A DNA stretch of 64,000 nucleotides, from contig CM000151.3 of NCBI GenBank assembly GCA_000004695.1, positions 6,176,001 to 6,240,000 of the forward strand, given 5' to 3'. This document shows positions 11,951-26,436 of this stretch, in pieces. Source of the stretch: Dictyostelium discoideum. Lineage: Eukaryota. A program made the position numbers and the translations under genes. The notes below the pieces were generated by a model. It had not been told where the DNA came from. It did no database searches and saw nothing but the letters and a program-made list of their open reading frames with translations. The stretch's first letter is position 1. Each line of letters begins with the position of its first letter.

Positions 11951-13837
11951 TTAGTTATTTGGGTTTGTGCAATTTGTTAAAGGACAATTATAATATTGTG
12001 GTTTTCCTTTAAAGTCAATATTTTTTTCTAAAACATAAGAAGTGTATAAAAGTAAATCTTCTTGCCACCACTTTGCCATAATTTGAAAACCAATTGGTAA
12101 GTTTTTATCTTTTGTTAGACCCACTGGAACAGTTATGCCAGGGATACCAGTAATATTTCCAATAAAAACATATTTCATTAATTCACCTACTGATCCAAAA
12201 TTTGATTCTCCCATAGACAAAACACTTTTTTCAATTTCAGGTGCAGCTATTGCATTAGTTGGTGTTACAATTAAATCAACTCCTTTAAAAATTTCAGTAA
12301 ATTGTTCAATACAAAAAGTTCTAACTTTATTTGCTTGAAGATAATCTGAAGTTGGTAATATATTACCAATTGATAATGAAATTCTACTATCATATTGTAA
12401 TTCATTACTATAATTTTTAAACTATTTTTTTAAATGTAAAAAAAAAAAAAAAAAAAAAATTATATTAATAAAATTTAATTAAATTAATAAAAAATAATTA
12501 AATAAATTAAATAATTACTCTTTTCATAGATGAATTCATTTCTGATAAAATAATTGCGCCTTGTGATAATCTAGTTACTAATAAATTTGAAATTTCTATT
12601 TCTATAATTTCAGCTCCTTGTTCTTTTAAAATTTCAATACATTCTAATAATTAATCAAAGTAATGAATTATTAATATTATTATTAATTTTTAATTGTTTT
12701 TTTTTTTTTTTTTTTTTACTTACTATAAGTTGAATCTTTAAATTCTATATTACAATCATTAATCCAATCATAAAAAACACCAATTTTTAAACCTTTTAAT
12801 GGTTGAATTAATGGAATTTCAGTAAACATTGGAACGGTTGGTTTACCGCCATATTGTTCAGCTAAAACAGATTGATGATCGGCAGAGTCAGAACCAGCAA
12901 TACAAGCATAACCAATTGCAGTATCAATTACTGACGAACCAATTGGACCAACATGACCAACTGACCAACATAAATCAAAAATACCACCATGAGAAACTCT
13001 TGCAAAAGTTGGTTTTAAACCAACGACACCACATAATGAAGCAGGTACTCTAATTGAACCACCACCATCACAACCAATACTTAATGGATTTAAACCAGCC
13101 GATACTGAAGAAGCACTTCCTGAAGAACTACCACCTGGATAATGATTGAGATTATATGGATTTCTAGTGAACCCAAAATGAGTATTATAACCAAGTGTTG
13201 AGATACCAATTTCGTGCATATTATTCTTTCCAACTAAAATTGCACCTTGTTGACGTAACATTTTGGCTACACCAGAATCTTCAGTTTTAACATTTGGAAA
13301 TACTTTCTCCAAAAAGGTTGTACCACAAGTGGTATGATATCCAATTTGGTCTATTTCATCTTTTAATGAGATTGGTACACCATCAATCAATGACAAAGGT
13401 GAACCGGATTTCCAACGTTCAGCACTTGCCATTGCTTGAGATTTAATATCATCCTCCAATATCTTTATAAATGCTTTCAATGGTGGTGATTGTTCATCAG
13501 AGTGATTTTTACATTCAATAAAAAAATTTGCAATTTCATTTGGTGTTATCTTTCCAGTCATATATAAATTATAATAATTTATAATTGAATTCTCTGGTAT
13601 ATTATTAATTAATGATTGATTATTTGATGATGATGATGATGATGATTGACTATTTATTTCTAAATTTTTACTTTGAAGATATTTAATTAAATCTTTATCA
13701 TGCAACATATCAGTTGCTAAATATTTTTTAAATGTAAATTCAGATTTATTTTGTTGTTGTTGTTGATGATTTGAAATATCAACAATTGGATAAAAGGTTG
13801 GTGATAAATTTAAATTAAATTGTGAAATTAATGGCAT
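11951..13837 (-). CDS. Amidase-signature family enzyme, fatty-acid-amide-hydrolase-like. Three exons: 13837..12724, 12642..12518, 12421..11951
   Basis: Amidase signature GGSSSGSASSVSAG with catalytic Ser context, preceded by a K...S...GSSxG arrangement. Donors are GTAAGT and GTAATT; acceptors are TTAG and ATAG. Frame is continuous across junctions. Confidence 0.75.
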
Positions 13838-14446
13838 TTTATTTTTTGTATATAATGACGATAAAAATGAATTCCTTTTTTTATAAAATTAGAATTTAAA
13901 AAAAAAAAAAAAAAAAGATTAGATTACAATTAATCGAAAATAATTGAGTGTGTGACTGTGTGAAAGTGACAAGACAATTGGTTTTTTTTTTATTTTTTTT
14001 TTTTTTATAATTATTTAAAAAATCAAAAAACTAACCACACATATAAAAAAAAAAAAAAAATAATAAAAAATAAAAATACTTACTTTAAATAATGGTTTTC
14101 GCATAAAAATAAAGTTGATCTTAATAAAAGTCCTTGTAATCTTGGAACTTCTAATGATATTAAATCATAAATTTTCTTTTCACCTTTTTCTTCATTCTTG
14201 CTACTTGTACTACTTGTACTACTACTTTTACTTAATGAAGAAGATGTCATTTCCTATTGATAGAGAAAAAAAAATAAAGGAAGTTTTTAATTATTAAAAA
14301 AAAAAATAATAATAAATTATTTAACCTAAAATGGAAAGAAAAAAAAAAAAAAAAAAAAAAAAAAGGGTTTTTTTTTAAGAATTATTTTTGTGTGTGGGCT
14401 AATTTAATTAAATATTTAAAATGCATACAAGTAAACTTGGGAAGAT

Positions 14447-14478
<32 letters not shown>

Positions 14479-15113
14479 AAATAAAAATTTAAAAATTAAA
14501 AATTAAAAAAATTAAAAATAAAATAAAAAAAAAAATAAAAAATAAATTAAATTTTAAAAATTAAAAAAAAAAAAAAAAAAAAAACACATAAATCAAGATT
14601 TATGTGTTTAAATTCAAAACCAAACATTTTTAATAATAATAAAAAAAAAAAATAATAAAAAAATGACGATAAAAATTATAGATGTGAAAATTTTGGTTCG
14701 AATGTGTGGTGGTAAAAATTGGGAGGTTTGAAAAAATTGGAAAATTATTATTAATCTTTGCCCTAAAAAAAAAAAAATAATAAAAATAAAAAAACTATTT
14801 ATTTCCTTTTTAATTAATGTTGTCAAAAAATATAAAATTGTTATTTATTTTGGAAGAAATTTGTGTTTAATTAATTTCAAAAAATAAAGTTTTTTTGAAA
14901 GGTTTATTTTATTTAGATCTATCATTTTTATTTTATTTTATGGTTTTTTTTTTTTTCCTTCAATTATTAATCTATTTTAATAAAAATAACATTTTAACTT
15001 TTTTTTAAAAATATTGATTAATTAATATGTTAAGTAATAGAGAATGTTTTAGTAATTTTAAGAAAAAAAAAAAAAATTTGGAAAAAAAAAAAAAAATAAA
15101 AAGGTTGGTAGTT

Positions 15114-15150
<37 letters not shown>

Positions 15151-15274
15151 CTATATATATACACAATAAAATAATGATTATTATTTTTGAAATTTTTTAA
15201 TTTTTTAGAGTTATTTGGATTTGTTGTTTTGTTTGTTTCTTGTTCTCTACTTGTTTTTTTTTTTTTTTTTCATT

Positions 15275-17613
15275 TTACATAATTTGACAATCCATTGAAT
15301 TATTTGAACCAGCTCTGGCAACATCAGCTTGTTTTAATATTTTTTTAACATTTTTATGAGCGACATCTAAAGGACATAAACCATCACGAGCTCTAGCTTT
15401 TATATCGGCATTATGATTGAGCAAACATTCGACAACACTGACATGACCTTCGGAGGAAGCTTTATGAAGTGGAGTTGAACCATTTCTATCGGTGACTTGA
15501 GTGTTTGCTTTGTATTTGAGTAATAATTCAACGATATCAACATGACCTCTATGACAAGCTGTATAGAGTGGAGTTGCACCACATCTCATACCCGATCTAA
15601 TTTTCGCTTCGACATTTGCACGATTCTCCAATAAAAGATTGACGATTTCAGTGTAACCCTCTTGTGCTGATATATAGAGTGGTGTTGCACCATGGTTCTT
15701 TGTGGTACCTTCAATATTTGCCTTGTACTCTAATAAACACTCTACCACTTTATAATGACCTCTATGGGCTGCTGAATAGAGTGGAGTGATACCATTCTTA
15801 TTGATAGCTTCCATGTTGGCATTATGTTCCAATAGACAACGTACCACCTCTGTATGACCATTGTGAGCCGCTGAATTCAATGGAGTAACGCCATTGATAT
15901 TGGTTGCCTCAATGTTTGCACCATGAGTAATCAATAGCTCCACCACTCTAACATGACCTTTTTGTGCGGCCGTATGTAAAGGTGTTGAACCATTCTTATT
16001 TTTACATTCAATCTTTGCATTTGCCAATATCAAAGATTCGGCTGCTTCAACATGACCTTTTCCGCATGCCATATGTAATGCTGTGAAGCCTGAACGTGTA
16101 TTGGTTTCAATGTCTGCACCATTTCTTAACAAACATTCAATCACTGAACGATGTCCTTTATATGATGCTTTTAATAAAAATTTATTTCTCTTTTTTAATG
16201 ATATACCATTTGATTCACTAATTATTGGTGATGATGTATTACCAACATCAATATCTTCCATTTCTAAATCAACTTCATTATTATTATCATTATTATTATT
16301 ATTATTATTACGACGTTGTTGTTGATGATGATGATGATGGTGGTGATGATGATGATTATTTTGTTGTTCTTGTTCTTGTTCTTGCTCTTGTTGTTCATTA
16401 TTATTGTTATTATTTTCATCTTCCTCTTCTTCTTCACTATCTTCTTCATTTTCTTCATTGTTATTAATATTTACATTTTGTTGTGGTTGTGGTGGTGGTT
16501 GTTGTGGTTGTTGTGGGTAGTCATCTAAAACTTGATTTATTTGAATTATTGGAACATTTATATTAATATTTGTATTATTATTAGTATTATTAACATTATT
16601 TAAATGTAATAATGCTGGTGAAACAACATTTGATCTTTTGCTGTCAAATGATCTTTGTAAAATTTGGTCGTGACCATTTTCACATGCCCATAGTAATTTT
16701 AAATCTGAATCTTTTTCTCCAAATTCTCTTAATTTTAATAAATTTTTTATAACTGTTCCTTTCCAAAACTAAAAATAATAAATAAATAAAAAAAATATAT
16801 TAATATTTTCATTTTCAAAAAAGGTGCTTTTATAAATAATAATAATAATATAATATTTACAATTTCATTTTTTGCACTTTCACCAAAAATAGATTTATTT
16901 AAATTATTCCAAAGTTGTTCATCATCAACCATAGATTTCCAATATTTAGAGACTGTACATGTTTTTGAAAGGTCTACTGCGTCTGAAAATGATAAAATGT
17001 GCATTCTAATTTCAATTGGTAAATCAAAAAAGTTAAAACCACTATCATTATTATTGTTGTTGTTATTATTATTAATATTATTATTGTTACTTATATATTC
17101 TTCATCTCCGCTATCTGTATTATTAATATTATTACTATTATTATTATTTGAATATCCATCATAACAATCATCATATTCTTCACTTATGCTACTATCCTCA
17201 TTATCTGCAATACAAAGTTTCTCTATATTTAAAATATTATTATCATCTCCATTACTATTATTAAGACTACTACTTAAAATATTACCAGAACTATTGTTGT
17301 TATTATTGTTATTATTACTATTATTACTACTACTGCTATTCTTTTTTATACTAAGAAAATTTGAAAATTTTGATGTAAAATTTGAAAAAGTTGGTGATGT
17401 TGGAGAGCTAGTTGATTTCTTTTTACTATTTGAAAAATTATTACTTGTTAAACGAGAATAAAGACGATTACTACTACTATTATTATTATTATTATTGTTA
17501 TTACTATTTGTATTGCTTAGGCCAATTCTAGGTGGAGTAGCTAAAATTTCAACTGGAATGGATGGTGATGATGGTGATGAAGAAGATGAAGGTGGGCTTA
17601 TCGAATCTCTCAT
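15275..17613 (-). CDS. F-box plus ankyrin-repeat protein. Two exons: 17613..16861 and 16768..15275
   Basis: Exon 1 has the F-box LPIEIRMHILSFSDAVDLSKTCTVSKYWKSMVDDEQLW followed by a GTAAAT donor. Exon 2 after a TTTTTAG acceptor is in frame and contains a His9/Gln/Asn acidic low-complexity linker and at least 8 ankyrin repeats (GxTPLHxAAxxGHxxVVxxLLxxGA). Confidence 0.7.
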
Positions 17614-19011
17614 AATTGTTTTCCTTTTTCTTTCTTTATTAACTTCCCTTTTTTTCTCTTTATCTTTTTTTTTTATTATTATTATTATTTCTTTTTTTTT
17701 TTTTTTTATGTGGGTTTTTTTTTTTTTCTTTTTTTTTATAAAAAAAAAAAAAAAATGTTCTGAATTAATAAATTAATTGAAAAAAAAAGGTATTAAAAAA
17801 AAAAAAAATAAAAAAAAGCAAAAAAAAAAAAGGAATTGGTTATTTTATTTATTAATTATTATTTATTATTTATTAATTATTTATTTTTTATTATTTATAA
17901 TTTATTATTTATTATTTAACACCTTAATTTAGCTTTTTTTTTTTTTTTGAAAAAAAAAAAAAATAAAATAAAAAAAGAAATTAAAAAAAAAAAAAAATTA
18001 AAAAAAAAATAAAAAATTAATGTACAAAATGATTGAAACAATATTAAAAAAAATATTTATTATTAAAGTGGTAGTCTATTTATTATTATTATTAATTTTA
18101 TTTGTTTTCAATAATTTACTTTATTTATACATATATATTTGGAAAGAGGTTAAAAAAAAAAAAAAACCCACATGTACGCACACGTTTTTTTGTTTCTTTT
18201 TTTTTATTATTTTTTTATTATTTTTTTTATTTTATTTTTTTTATTTTTTTATTTTTTTTTAATTACATACACAAACAATAAGAAGTTTAATAACAATGGG
18301 TGAATGTGGGGTATTTGAGATTTAAATTTTTTTTTTTTTTTTTTTTTTTTTTAAATAATAATATATTTCTTTTTATAAAAAAAAAATAAAAAAAAATAAC
18401 TTATAATACTATTTTATTTTATTGTTTTTTTAATAAATAAATAAATAAATAAAAATTTTTTACGAATAAACCTTTTTTTTTTTTTTTTTTTTATGTTTTT
18501 TTGTGAAAAATAAAAAAAATAAAAATTAAAAAAAAAAAAAAATTTAAATTAAAAAAAAATAAAATAAAAATGTACTGGTCAAAATTTTTGGATTGTAATT
18601 TTTATTTTTTAATTTTATTTTTAGGTTTCGGTTTTTAGTGTACAATCGCTCAAGCAGTGACCAACACACGCAATAGCCCACATCACAAATGTAACAGTTC
18701 CCACCCACCCTCCCATTAATTTGATGTATGAAAAAAATAACCTTCCATTTAATAACAGTTTTCATACACACTTAAAAGGTACCTATGAGACAATATATTA
18801 CTATTAATAATAATAATAATCAATGATACACTAAATACAATCCTTTCGAATCAATCAAACCCAATCAAGATAATAAAAAAAATAATAATAATAAAAATAA
18901 CTTTGATAATAACAATTAGAGGTTGTAATAATGTTAGTAAAGATAATATAATTCAGATTTAAAAGAAAATTTTAAAAAACCAATCATATCATTTTTTGGA
19001 TACTGGTAGCG

Positions 19012-19057
<46 letters not shown>

Positions 19058-19165
19058 AAAAAGTGTCAATCTGTCAAAAATAAAATTAAATAATAAAATA
19101 ACCCAGAGAAATAGAAAATAAAAAAAATAAAACATTTGTAAATAAAAAATATTATCAATTTAATA

Positions 19166-19228
<63 letters not shown>

Positions 19229-19574
19229 ATAATTGTGATCGATTACAAGATAGAGTTAAAAACAAGATTTAAATTCATTTTAAGATTTGAATAAATAAGT
19301 TTATGTTTTTTTAAGTGTTTTATTTATACTAAAATTAATTTTTGGGACAAAATTTAATGAAAATTTATTCTCAATCTTAAAATTATTTTGATTGACAATT
19401 AAAAAACAGACTGTTTCTCCCTATATTATCTCTTTTTCAATTAATTTTTTTTGTTTTGTTTTGGTGGTGTGGTGAAACAAAATTTATTATTGTTATTTTT
19501 TTTTTCATAATAATTATTATTACAATTCGATTATATCAGAAATTTTATTTATTTGTTTATTTAGTTATTTATTA

Positions 19575-19711
19575 TTATAAAAGATTTTTTTCACTTAATG
19601 ATTGATTAATAATTTGATGATAAATATCAGATATTGGTTCATTTAATACTAAATTTGAAATATATCTTGAACATTCATTTCTTATTTCATTTATCATATA
19701 TTGATCCTAGG

Positions 19712-19772
<61 letters not shown>

Positions 19773-20912
19773 ATTTTAATTTTATAATTAAAATTAATTT
19801 TTAAATAATATATATATATATACATACAGAAATTAATAATAATTCTAAAATATTTAAATCATCAAAAATTAAATTACCAGTATAAAGGAATTGAATTATT
19901 GCAAGGAAACAATTATAAGAACAATTATTAATTTTTATAATATCTAAAGTACTTTCAATCATTCCATTTGTAATTAATGCTCTAAATCCTTCATTCCTTG
20001 AAACTAATATACATTTATGGGCATTAATAATTCTATTTTCAACTAAAAATTTAATATCTGAAAATGATGTCCTATTTTCAAATAATTGATTAAAAATTGA
20101 ATTATTATTAATATTATTATTATTTTGAGTTAATTGATAATAAAATAAATCATTTTCATTATAATCAGATTGACCACCAAAAATGTAAAAACTATTTGAG
20201 TAAATGAAACAAGTTGAATATTGACGTGGTGAAGGTCTATCTACTAATTTAATTTCTCTCCATGTAAGAGTTGAAGGATTGAATTCATGTAATGAATTAC
20301 TGACAACTTTATTCCTACCGCCAAAAAGGTAGATTTTGTTATCGAATACTGCACTTGTGCCACACCTGACGATTACATGATTTCCATTATTATTATTACA
20401 TGGCACTATACTCCATAGATTGGTAATTAAATCAAATTCAAACATATCAGTTGGACAAACTGCACCGTCGTAGCCGCCCAATACATATAGTTTATCATTT
20501 ATAATTGAACATGTGTGATATTGTCTACCACGTGGTACTTGTGATGGTATTGTATTCTTTACTGTAACACGTGACCATAGTTTACTCTTAAAATTATAGA
20601 ATAAAATAGTTGGATAAAATGTAATCGATTGACCCATACCTCCAAATATCACCATATTATCATTATAGACAACTGCCGAATGTCCCCATCTTTTCTCTGG
20701 TACAAATGTTGATTCTCTAGGTGGACTTATTAATTTCCATTCATCTGTACAAGTATTGTATTCATATAAATCATTAAAAACATTTGGTTCACTTTCATTT
20801 AACCCAATACCAATTCCACCAAATATATAAATACATTCACCATATGCTACCATACTATATGAATGTCTTGCTGTTATTATATTTTTTTTATCATCAATTG
20901 ATGATGAATACA

Positions 20913-20987
<75 letters not shown>

Positions 20988-21240
20988 GAAATTTTTTCTT
21001 TTCATTTTTTAAAATTCTAAACCATTGGTTTAATTTAAGATCAAATCTAAAGAAATCATCTAAATGAGTACCCTTTACACCATATCCACCATACATAAAG
21101 AGTGAATCACCAATTACTACTGATGAATGAGCATGACGTGGTGCTGGAACTCTACCACATGCATACGCTTTATTCCAATAATTTTTTAAATCATTTGAAT
21201 TACATATTATTTGATCTTTAACATTAATTATTTCATCCAT
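19575..21240 (-). CDS. Kelch-repeat plus BTB/POZ protein. Two exons: 21240..19828 and 19706..19575
   Basis: Kelch blades with GG and W motifs (GGYGxxG..., WxxI/V). A 24-residue poly-Ser tract encoded by (TCA)n. C-terminal BTB-like segment. GTATGT donor and CCTAG acceptor. Confidence 0.65.
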
Positions 21241-21620
21241 TTGCGCATGTGTATGTATATTTATGAAAAAAAAAAAAAATAAAAAAAAAAATATGAAAAT
21301 AGGTTTGATGGGTATAGTAGTTTTTTTTTAAACCACCAAAATAAAAATATCTTTTATTTTTTTTTGAATTTTATTTTTTGATTTTTTTTTTTTGAATTTT
21401 TTTTTTTTTTTTTTTTTTTTTTTGGTTAAGGGTTAAACCTTTCCAAAAATTGATAGGTTTTGGTTAAATTATAATGATCAATATCAAATAAAAAAAATAA
21501 AATAAAAATTATCTAAACATTTTTTTAAAATATTTAATAAAACAAGTTTTTTTTATTTATTTATTTTTTTTTTTATTTTTTTTTTTTTTTATATATTTTT
21601 TTTTTTTTTTTTTTAATGAT

Positions 21621-24600
21621 TTAAATTACAAAATCAAGTTCATATCTTTGATATTTATTATCATTTTCATCTAAAGTTCTTGGATAACATGGTGTTAAAG
21701 CATCTTGAGAACTAATATAAAGCATATTATAAAGTTTCCAATAAATATTTCTAACTTTACGAGATGGATGGAATAAACCTTGAAGGGTATATTGAAGAAT
21801 AGTATTTGGACCTAAAGCAAAACGTAAACCTTCAACGGCCTCTAAGAAAGCGTTGATAACATGTGGAGAAGTTTCGAAAACATTTGGCCAAACGTAATTG
21901 AGTAAATGAGTGAGTGAATCTTCACAACCTAAACCCATTACACCCAATGAAATATGTTTAATTGCAGAGCAAGCGGTTTGACGATGTACAGCATCTCTAT
22001 CCATGAGTGCATCTTCGAGTAGGGTAGTTACGGCGTAAATATAGTCTTTACCCATTTCGCCAATATATTCAAAGAGGAAAGATAAAGATTTCAAAACACC
22101 ATTTTGAACATTCAACTCTGGAATACGATATTCATTGATTAGACCTGGTAAAACGGTATAAGGTGCACAAGTTTCCGCAACAATGGCAATGGCAACGGTT
22201 GTACAAACTCTGTTTTGACGATCTTGAACTTTCAAATTGTTTAATAGGGTTGCCAATACCTCTTGAGGACCAATAGCTTTTGCAATGTAACCAAATGTAT
22301 TTACAGCGGCACGACGAATACCTTTTTTATGAGCTTTCAACATATCTAAAAGTTCGAAACAAATACGCATACCCTCTCTGTCTGAAACGAAATCAGAACC
22401 ACGATCGGCAATACGACCCACCAAATCGATACAATTCTCTTGAACTTTCTCATGACGATTCTTTAAAATTGGTGTTAAACGTGGTAAAAGATCTTTGATG
22501 GGTGGTGTCATCTTAGTCATACCAATTACATTTACAATGGCCTTCAATGCACCTAGGATTGAACCCAATACCTCTGGATACTCTTCACCTAAATATTCAT
22601 AAAGAATTTGACCCAAATGTGACAAGAGTTGCTCTTCACCACAATTCATCATAACCACAGCAATACGTGAGATTAAATCGGCTGCTTGTTGTCTAACCTT
22701 TGCAGATTTATTATTGAGTCTCCATTTAATGGTACCAGCGATTTGTTGAAGATAAGGTTGAATACGAGTATTCAAAGCCAATACAACAGTACCAAAACCT
22801 TGTAACATAATTGAAGTTTCATCGGTGGTTTGTTCTTGGAATGCATAGAGAATACCATCGATTAATCTCTCCTCCAATGTTGGACTAATATCCGATGCAC
22901 CCAATGTTGAAACTATCTTTTCAATTGCCTCCATTACCATTCTTCTATAGGCTTCGGATTCATCTTTAAGATCATCAACAATTCTTTCAATAATTTCACC
23001 ACCACCAACTTTATTTGCAATTTCAAGTGTTGTTTCAACCAATAGTTTATAGTTTCTCTTATCCAATGCCATTCTTCTAACCCAAAATTGTTTGAAAAAC
23101 TCTGGAATAATCTCTTCACGAACATAGGATGATTCAACACCCTCGGTGGCAACACATTGTTTGACAACTTTTAATACGATTTTCTTCATTTCATCTTCAT
23201 TGGTTTTAAATTCACGAACTAAAATAGTCATAACCTCTTTGGTGTAATAGCTTGCATATGAAGATTCCATCAATGGGATGATATAACCAATTGCTTTTAA
23301 AAATGCTGCTAAACCTTTTTCACGATATTGACGAATACCATACCAAAGTGGTTTCAAAACACTATCAAATGACTCTATACCATAGGGGGTTGCTGCCTCT
23401 GCCAATGCAGAGATTGCCAATGCTGTTATGGTACGTACCTTTGGTTGTTCATCGGTTAAACCATGTTCAACAATGACTACAAGATTCTTTAAATGTGGTA
23501 AAATGGCACAACCCATTAGAATGGCAATTTGTTGAACAATCTTTATACCAGTGTGACGTGCTTGCCATGATTTTTTACTCTTACATACCGCCTTGAGGAA
23601 TGGCATCAATGATGGAATACCCAATGCAGATGCAACCACAGCAAATGCCCTTGCGGTTGTATTACGAATATCTTCCTCTGGACTATCGATATCAGGTCTC
23701 ATTGTTGATGTCATACTTGCCAAACCAGCGGCTTTTGAAAGATTTGATATGATTTCTCTTGCCTCAACACGAGCATAATAATTCTGATCAATTAAAAATG
23801 GTTCAATAACTGATAGAATCTTTCTAACATATGGTCTGACCAAGTCATCCAATTTGTAGAGAATACGATCGATCACCTTTACCAATAAATGTCTCTCTTG
23901 GTCCTCCAATGAGGTGGAGGTGAATAATGGTAATATCTGATTGAACAATGGTGCCGGTCCAAATTCTCTTGCTTTATCAGTCAATTGTCTTAAAGCTTGT
24001 TTACGCATTGGTGGTGTACCATTCTTAATTCTTAATAATAGTTTCATAATTCTTCTCTCCTTTTGCTCCTCTGGTGAGAGATGTTCATCATTATCACCAC
24101 CCTCTTGTAAAATCTTTTCAAAGTAAACCTTATCCTCTGGTTTAATTGTGATACCATCGGGTGCATCAATGATACCAAAATCTTGACCCCTACTTTGCTC
24201 CTCCTGTATGAAAAATCCACCACTTGTACCTGCAGCACCAATTGGTGTGCTTGCTGTAAGTTTTTTACTTGCTATAACTGGTTGATAATTTGCTGGTGGT
24301 TGTAAAATTTCGTATCCTTCCGATGGTAATATATTATCCAATTCCTCATCTGTCCATGGTCTATTTCTTTCGTCAATCTCTTTTTGTAATTGTGCTTGAT
24401 ATGGATCTGGTGTTTGCATTAATATATTTTTATTATTATTACTACCACCATTGCTATTGCTGTTGTTGTTATTATTACTATTATATACTGGTGTAACACC
24501 ACCATCCATCATATTATTAAAAATTGGTGTTACACCACCATTACTCATTGCATTATAATTTGGTGTAACTCCACCACTCAATCCTCCACTATTTATATTT

Positions 24601-24752
24601 ATTGGTGTTTCATCCCATCTTGATCTTCTTTTTGGTGTTTCCTCTACACCTGTACTTGGTTTACTTACTGGTGTTTCATCCCACCTATTTCTTCTTGGTG
24701 TTGCTTCAACAACTTTTGCTTTATTTAATGTTGTGTCATCCCATTCTGACAT
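21621..24752 (-). CDS. sf3b1: Splicing factor 3B subunit 1 (SF3B1/SAP155), 1043 aa, apparently intronless
   Basis: N-terminal TP-repeat region (RWDETP three times), a long array of HEAT repeats, and a C-terminus YELDFVI resembling the conserved SF3B1 end. Confidence 0.85.
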   Translation of the reverse strand: MSEWDDTTLNKAKVVEATPRRNRWDETPVSKPSTGVEETPKRRSRWDETPININSGGLSGGVTPNYNAMSNGGVTPIFNNMMDGGVTPVYNSNNNNNSNSNGGSNNNKNILMQTPDPYQAQLQKEIDERNRPWTDEELDNILPSEGYEILQPPANYQPVIASKKLTASTPIGAAGTSGGFFIQEEQSRGQDFGIIDAPDGITIKPEDKVYFEKILQEGGDNDEHLSPEEQKERRIMKLLLRIKNGTPPMRKQALRQLTDKAREFGPAPLFNQILPLFTSTSLEDQERHLLVKVIDRILYKLDDLVRPYVRKILSVIEPFLIDQNYYARVEAREIISNLSKAAGLASMTSTMRPDIDSPEEDIRNTTARAFAVVASALGIPSLMPFLKAVCKSKKSWQARHTGIKIVQQIAILMGCAILPHLKNLVVIVEHGLTDEQPKVRTITALAISALAEAATPYGIESFDSVLKPLWYGIRQYREKGLAAFLKAIGYIIPLMESSYASYYTKEVMTILVREFKTNEDEMKKIVLKVVKQCVATEGVESSYVREEIIPEFFKQFWVRRMALDKRNYKLLVETTLEIANKVGGGEIIERIVDDLKDESEAYRRMVMEAIEKIVSTLGASDISPTLEERLIDGILYAFQEQTTDETSIMLQGFGTVVLALNTRIQPYLQQIAGTIKWRLNNKSAKVRQQAADLISRIAVVMMNCGEEQLLSHLGQILYEYLGEEYPEVLGSILGALKAIVNVIGMTKMTPPIKDLLPRLTPILKNRHEKVQENCIDLVGRIADRGSDFVSDREGMRICFELLDMLKAHKKGIRRAAVNTFGYIAKAIGPQEVLATLLNNLKVQDRQNRVCTTVAIAIVAETCAPYTVLPGLINEYRIPELNVQNGVLKSLSFLFEYIGEMGKDYIYAVTTLLEDALMDRDAVHRQTACSAIKHISLGVMGLGCEDSLTHLLNYVWPNVFETSPHVINAFLEAVEGLRFALGPNTILQYTLQGLFHPSRKVRNIYWKLYNMLYISSQDALTPCYPRTLDENDNKYQRYELDFVI

Positions 24753-25275
24753 TGTTTGATCTTGTTGATCTATTTATTATTATAATTATTATTATTATTT
24801 TATTTTTAATAATTATAAAATAAATGAAAATGTTTAGTATCTTTATTAATAAATTATAAATGAATTTAAGTTGTTTTTACTTACCTGACATTCTGTATGT
24901 GTGTGTGTGTGTGTATCTATATTTTGTTTTTGTTTTTTTTTTTTTTATATTATATTATATTAAATTTTATCTCTATAATTTCTTTTTATTTGTTGGAATT
25001 GCGGAAATTTATTTTAAAATAAAAAAAATCTGTGAAATATTCTACAATCGAACATGTAATGATAATTTAAAAAAAAAAAATAAAAAATTTATAAAAAAAA
25101 AATTTTTTTTTATTTTTATTTTTTTTTTTTTTTTTATTTTTTTTTTATTTTTTTTTAATTTTTATTTTTTTTAATTTTTTTTTTTTTTTAATTATTATTT
25201 TTTTTTTAATTTTTTTTTTCTCGTTTAAACACAAAAAAAAAAAAAAAAAAAAAAAAGTAAAAAAAAAAGAAAATT

Positions 25276-26401
25276 ATGAAATTAAATAGTAATATTAATA
25301 ATAATATAAATAATAGTAGTAATAGTAATAATAACTTTGATGCAAAGAATATAATAGTTGATACAATAACACCACCTGACCCATCGGTTGAATTTGAAAG
25401 GAAATTAGCGAAATCTATATTTTGTTTAGTTCATTTTATAGTTTATTGCGTTATTATATTTAGAAAAGGTACAATTTTAGATCAAGCATTCAAAGATAAG
25501 GATTATTTTTATTTAATTTGGACACATTGTGTTTTCTTTTTTGCAATTGGAACTTATTTCTTAATTTCAAGTAAAAGACCTGGTTTTGTTTCATTATCAA
25601 ATCAAAATTTAAATAATAATAATAATAATAATGGTAGTAGCAATAAATTTATATTAGAAGATTCAATGGGTTGTATCCCTCAATTAAATATTAATCCAAC
25701 ACCAAATTATAGTAAAATAAGTAATATTAAGAGAAAATTAAAAAATAGTAGTGGTGATATTACTAAAAATCAAGAAAATGAAGATTTAGTGCCATTGATG
25801 GAAATCTCAAAGAATATTGATGAAGATAGCATAAATGACGATACTATAACTACAACCACTACCACTACCACCACCACCAGTACCTCAACAATACCAGAAA
25901 TATCAAATGATGATGATGATAATAATAATGAAAACAATAACGATAATGTAAATAATAGAAATAATAATAATAGTAATGGTGAAAAAGAAGATAATGATAT
26001 TGATAAATTAAAGAATCATTATTTTTGTAAGAAATGTTTAGTTGATATACCATTAAGAACTAAACATTGTGTAAAATGTAATAGATGTGTTTTAAAGTAT
26101 GATCACCATTGCGTATTTATAGGTGGTTGTGTTGGTTTAAATAATCATAAGAATTTTCTATTATTTTTATTGGCGGAATCATTATTACTACTTTTAGGTT
26201 TAAGAATCATTGTCACTGGTTTTGTTAGAGAAAATTCAATTAAAGAATGGATCTTTTCAAATATTGCAATTATTCCACCAACTTTATTAATTTTTGGTGG
26301 TTTATGTATGCCTTTTGCTTTATTCTGTTTTCATAGTTTTTTAATTTTAACAAACCAATCTTCATGGTATGTGCTTATGAATAGATTTTTTTTTAAAATT
26401 G

Positions 26402-26436
<35 letters not shown>

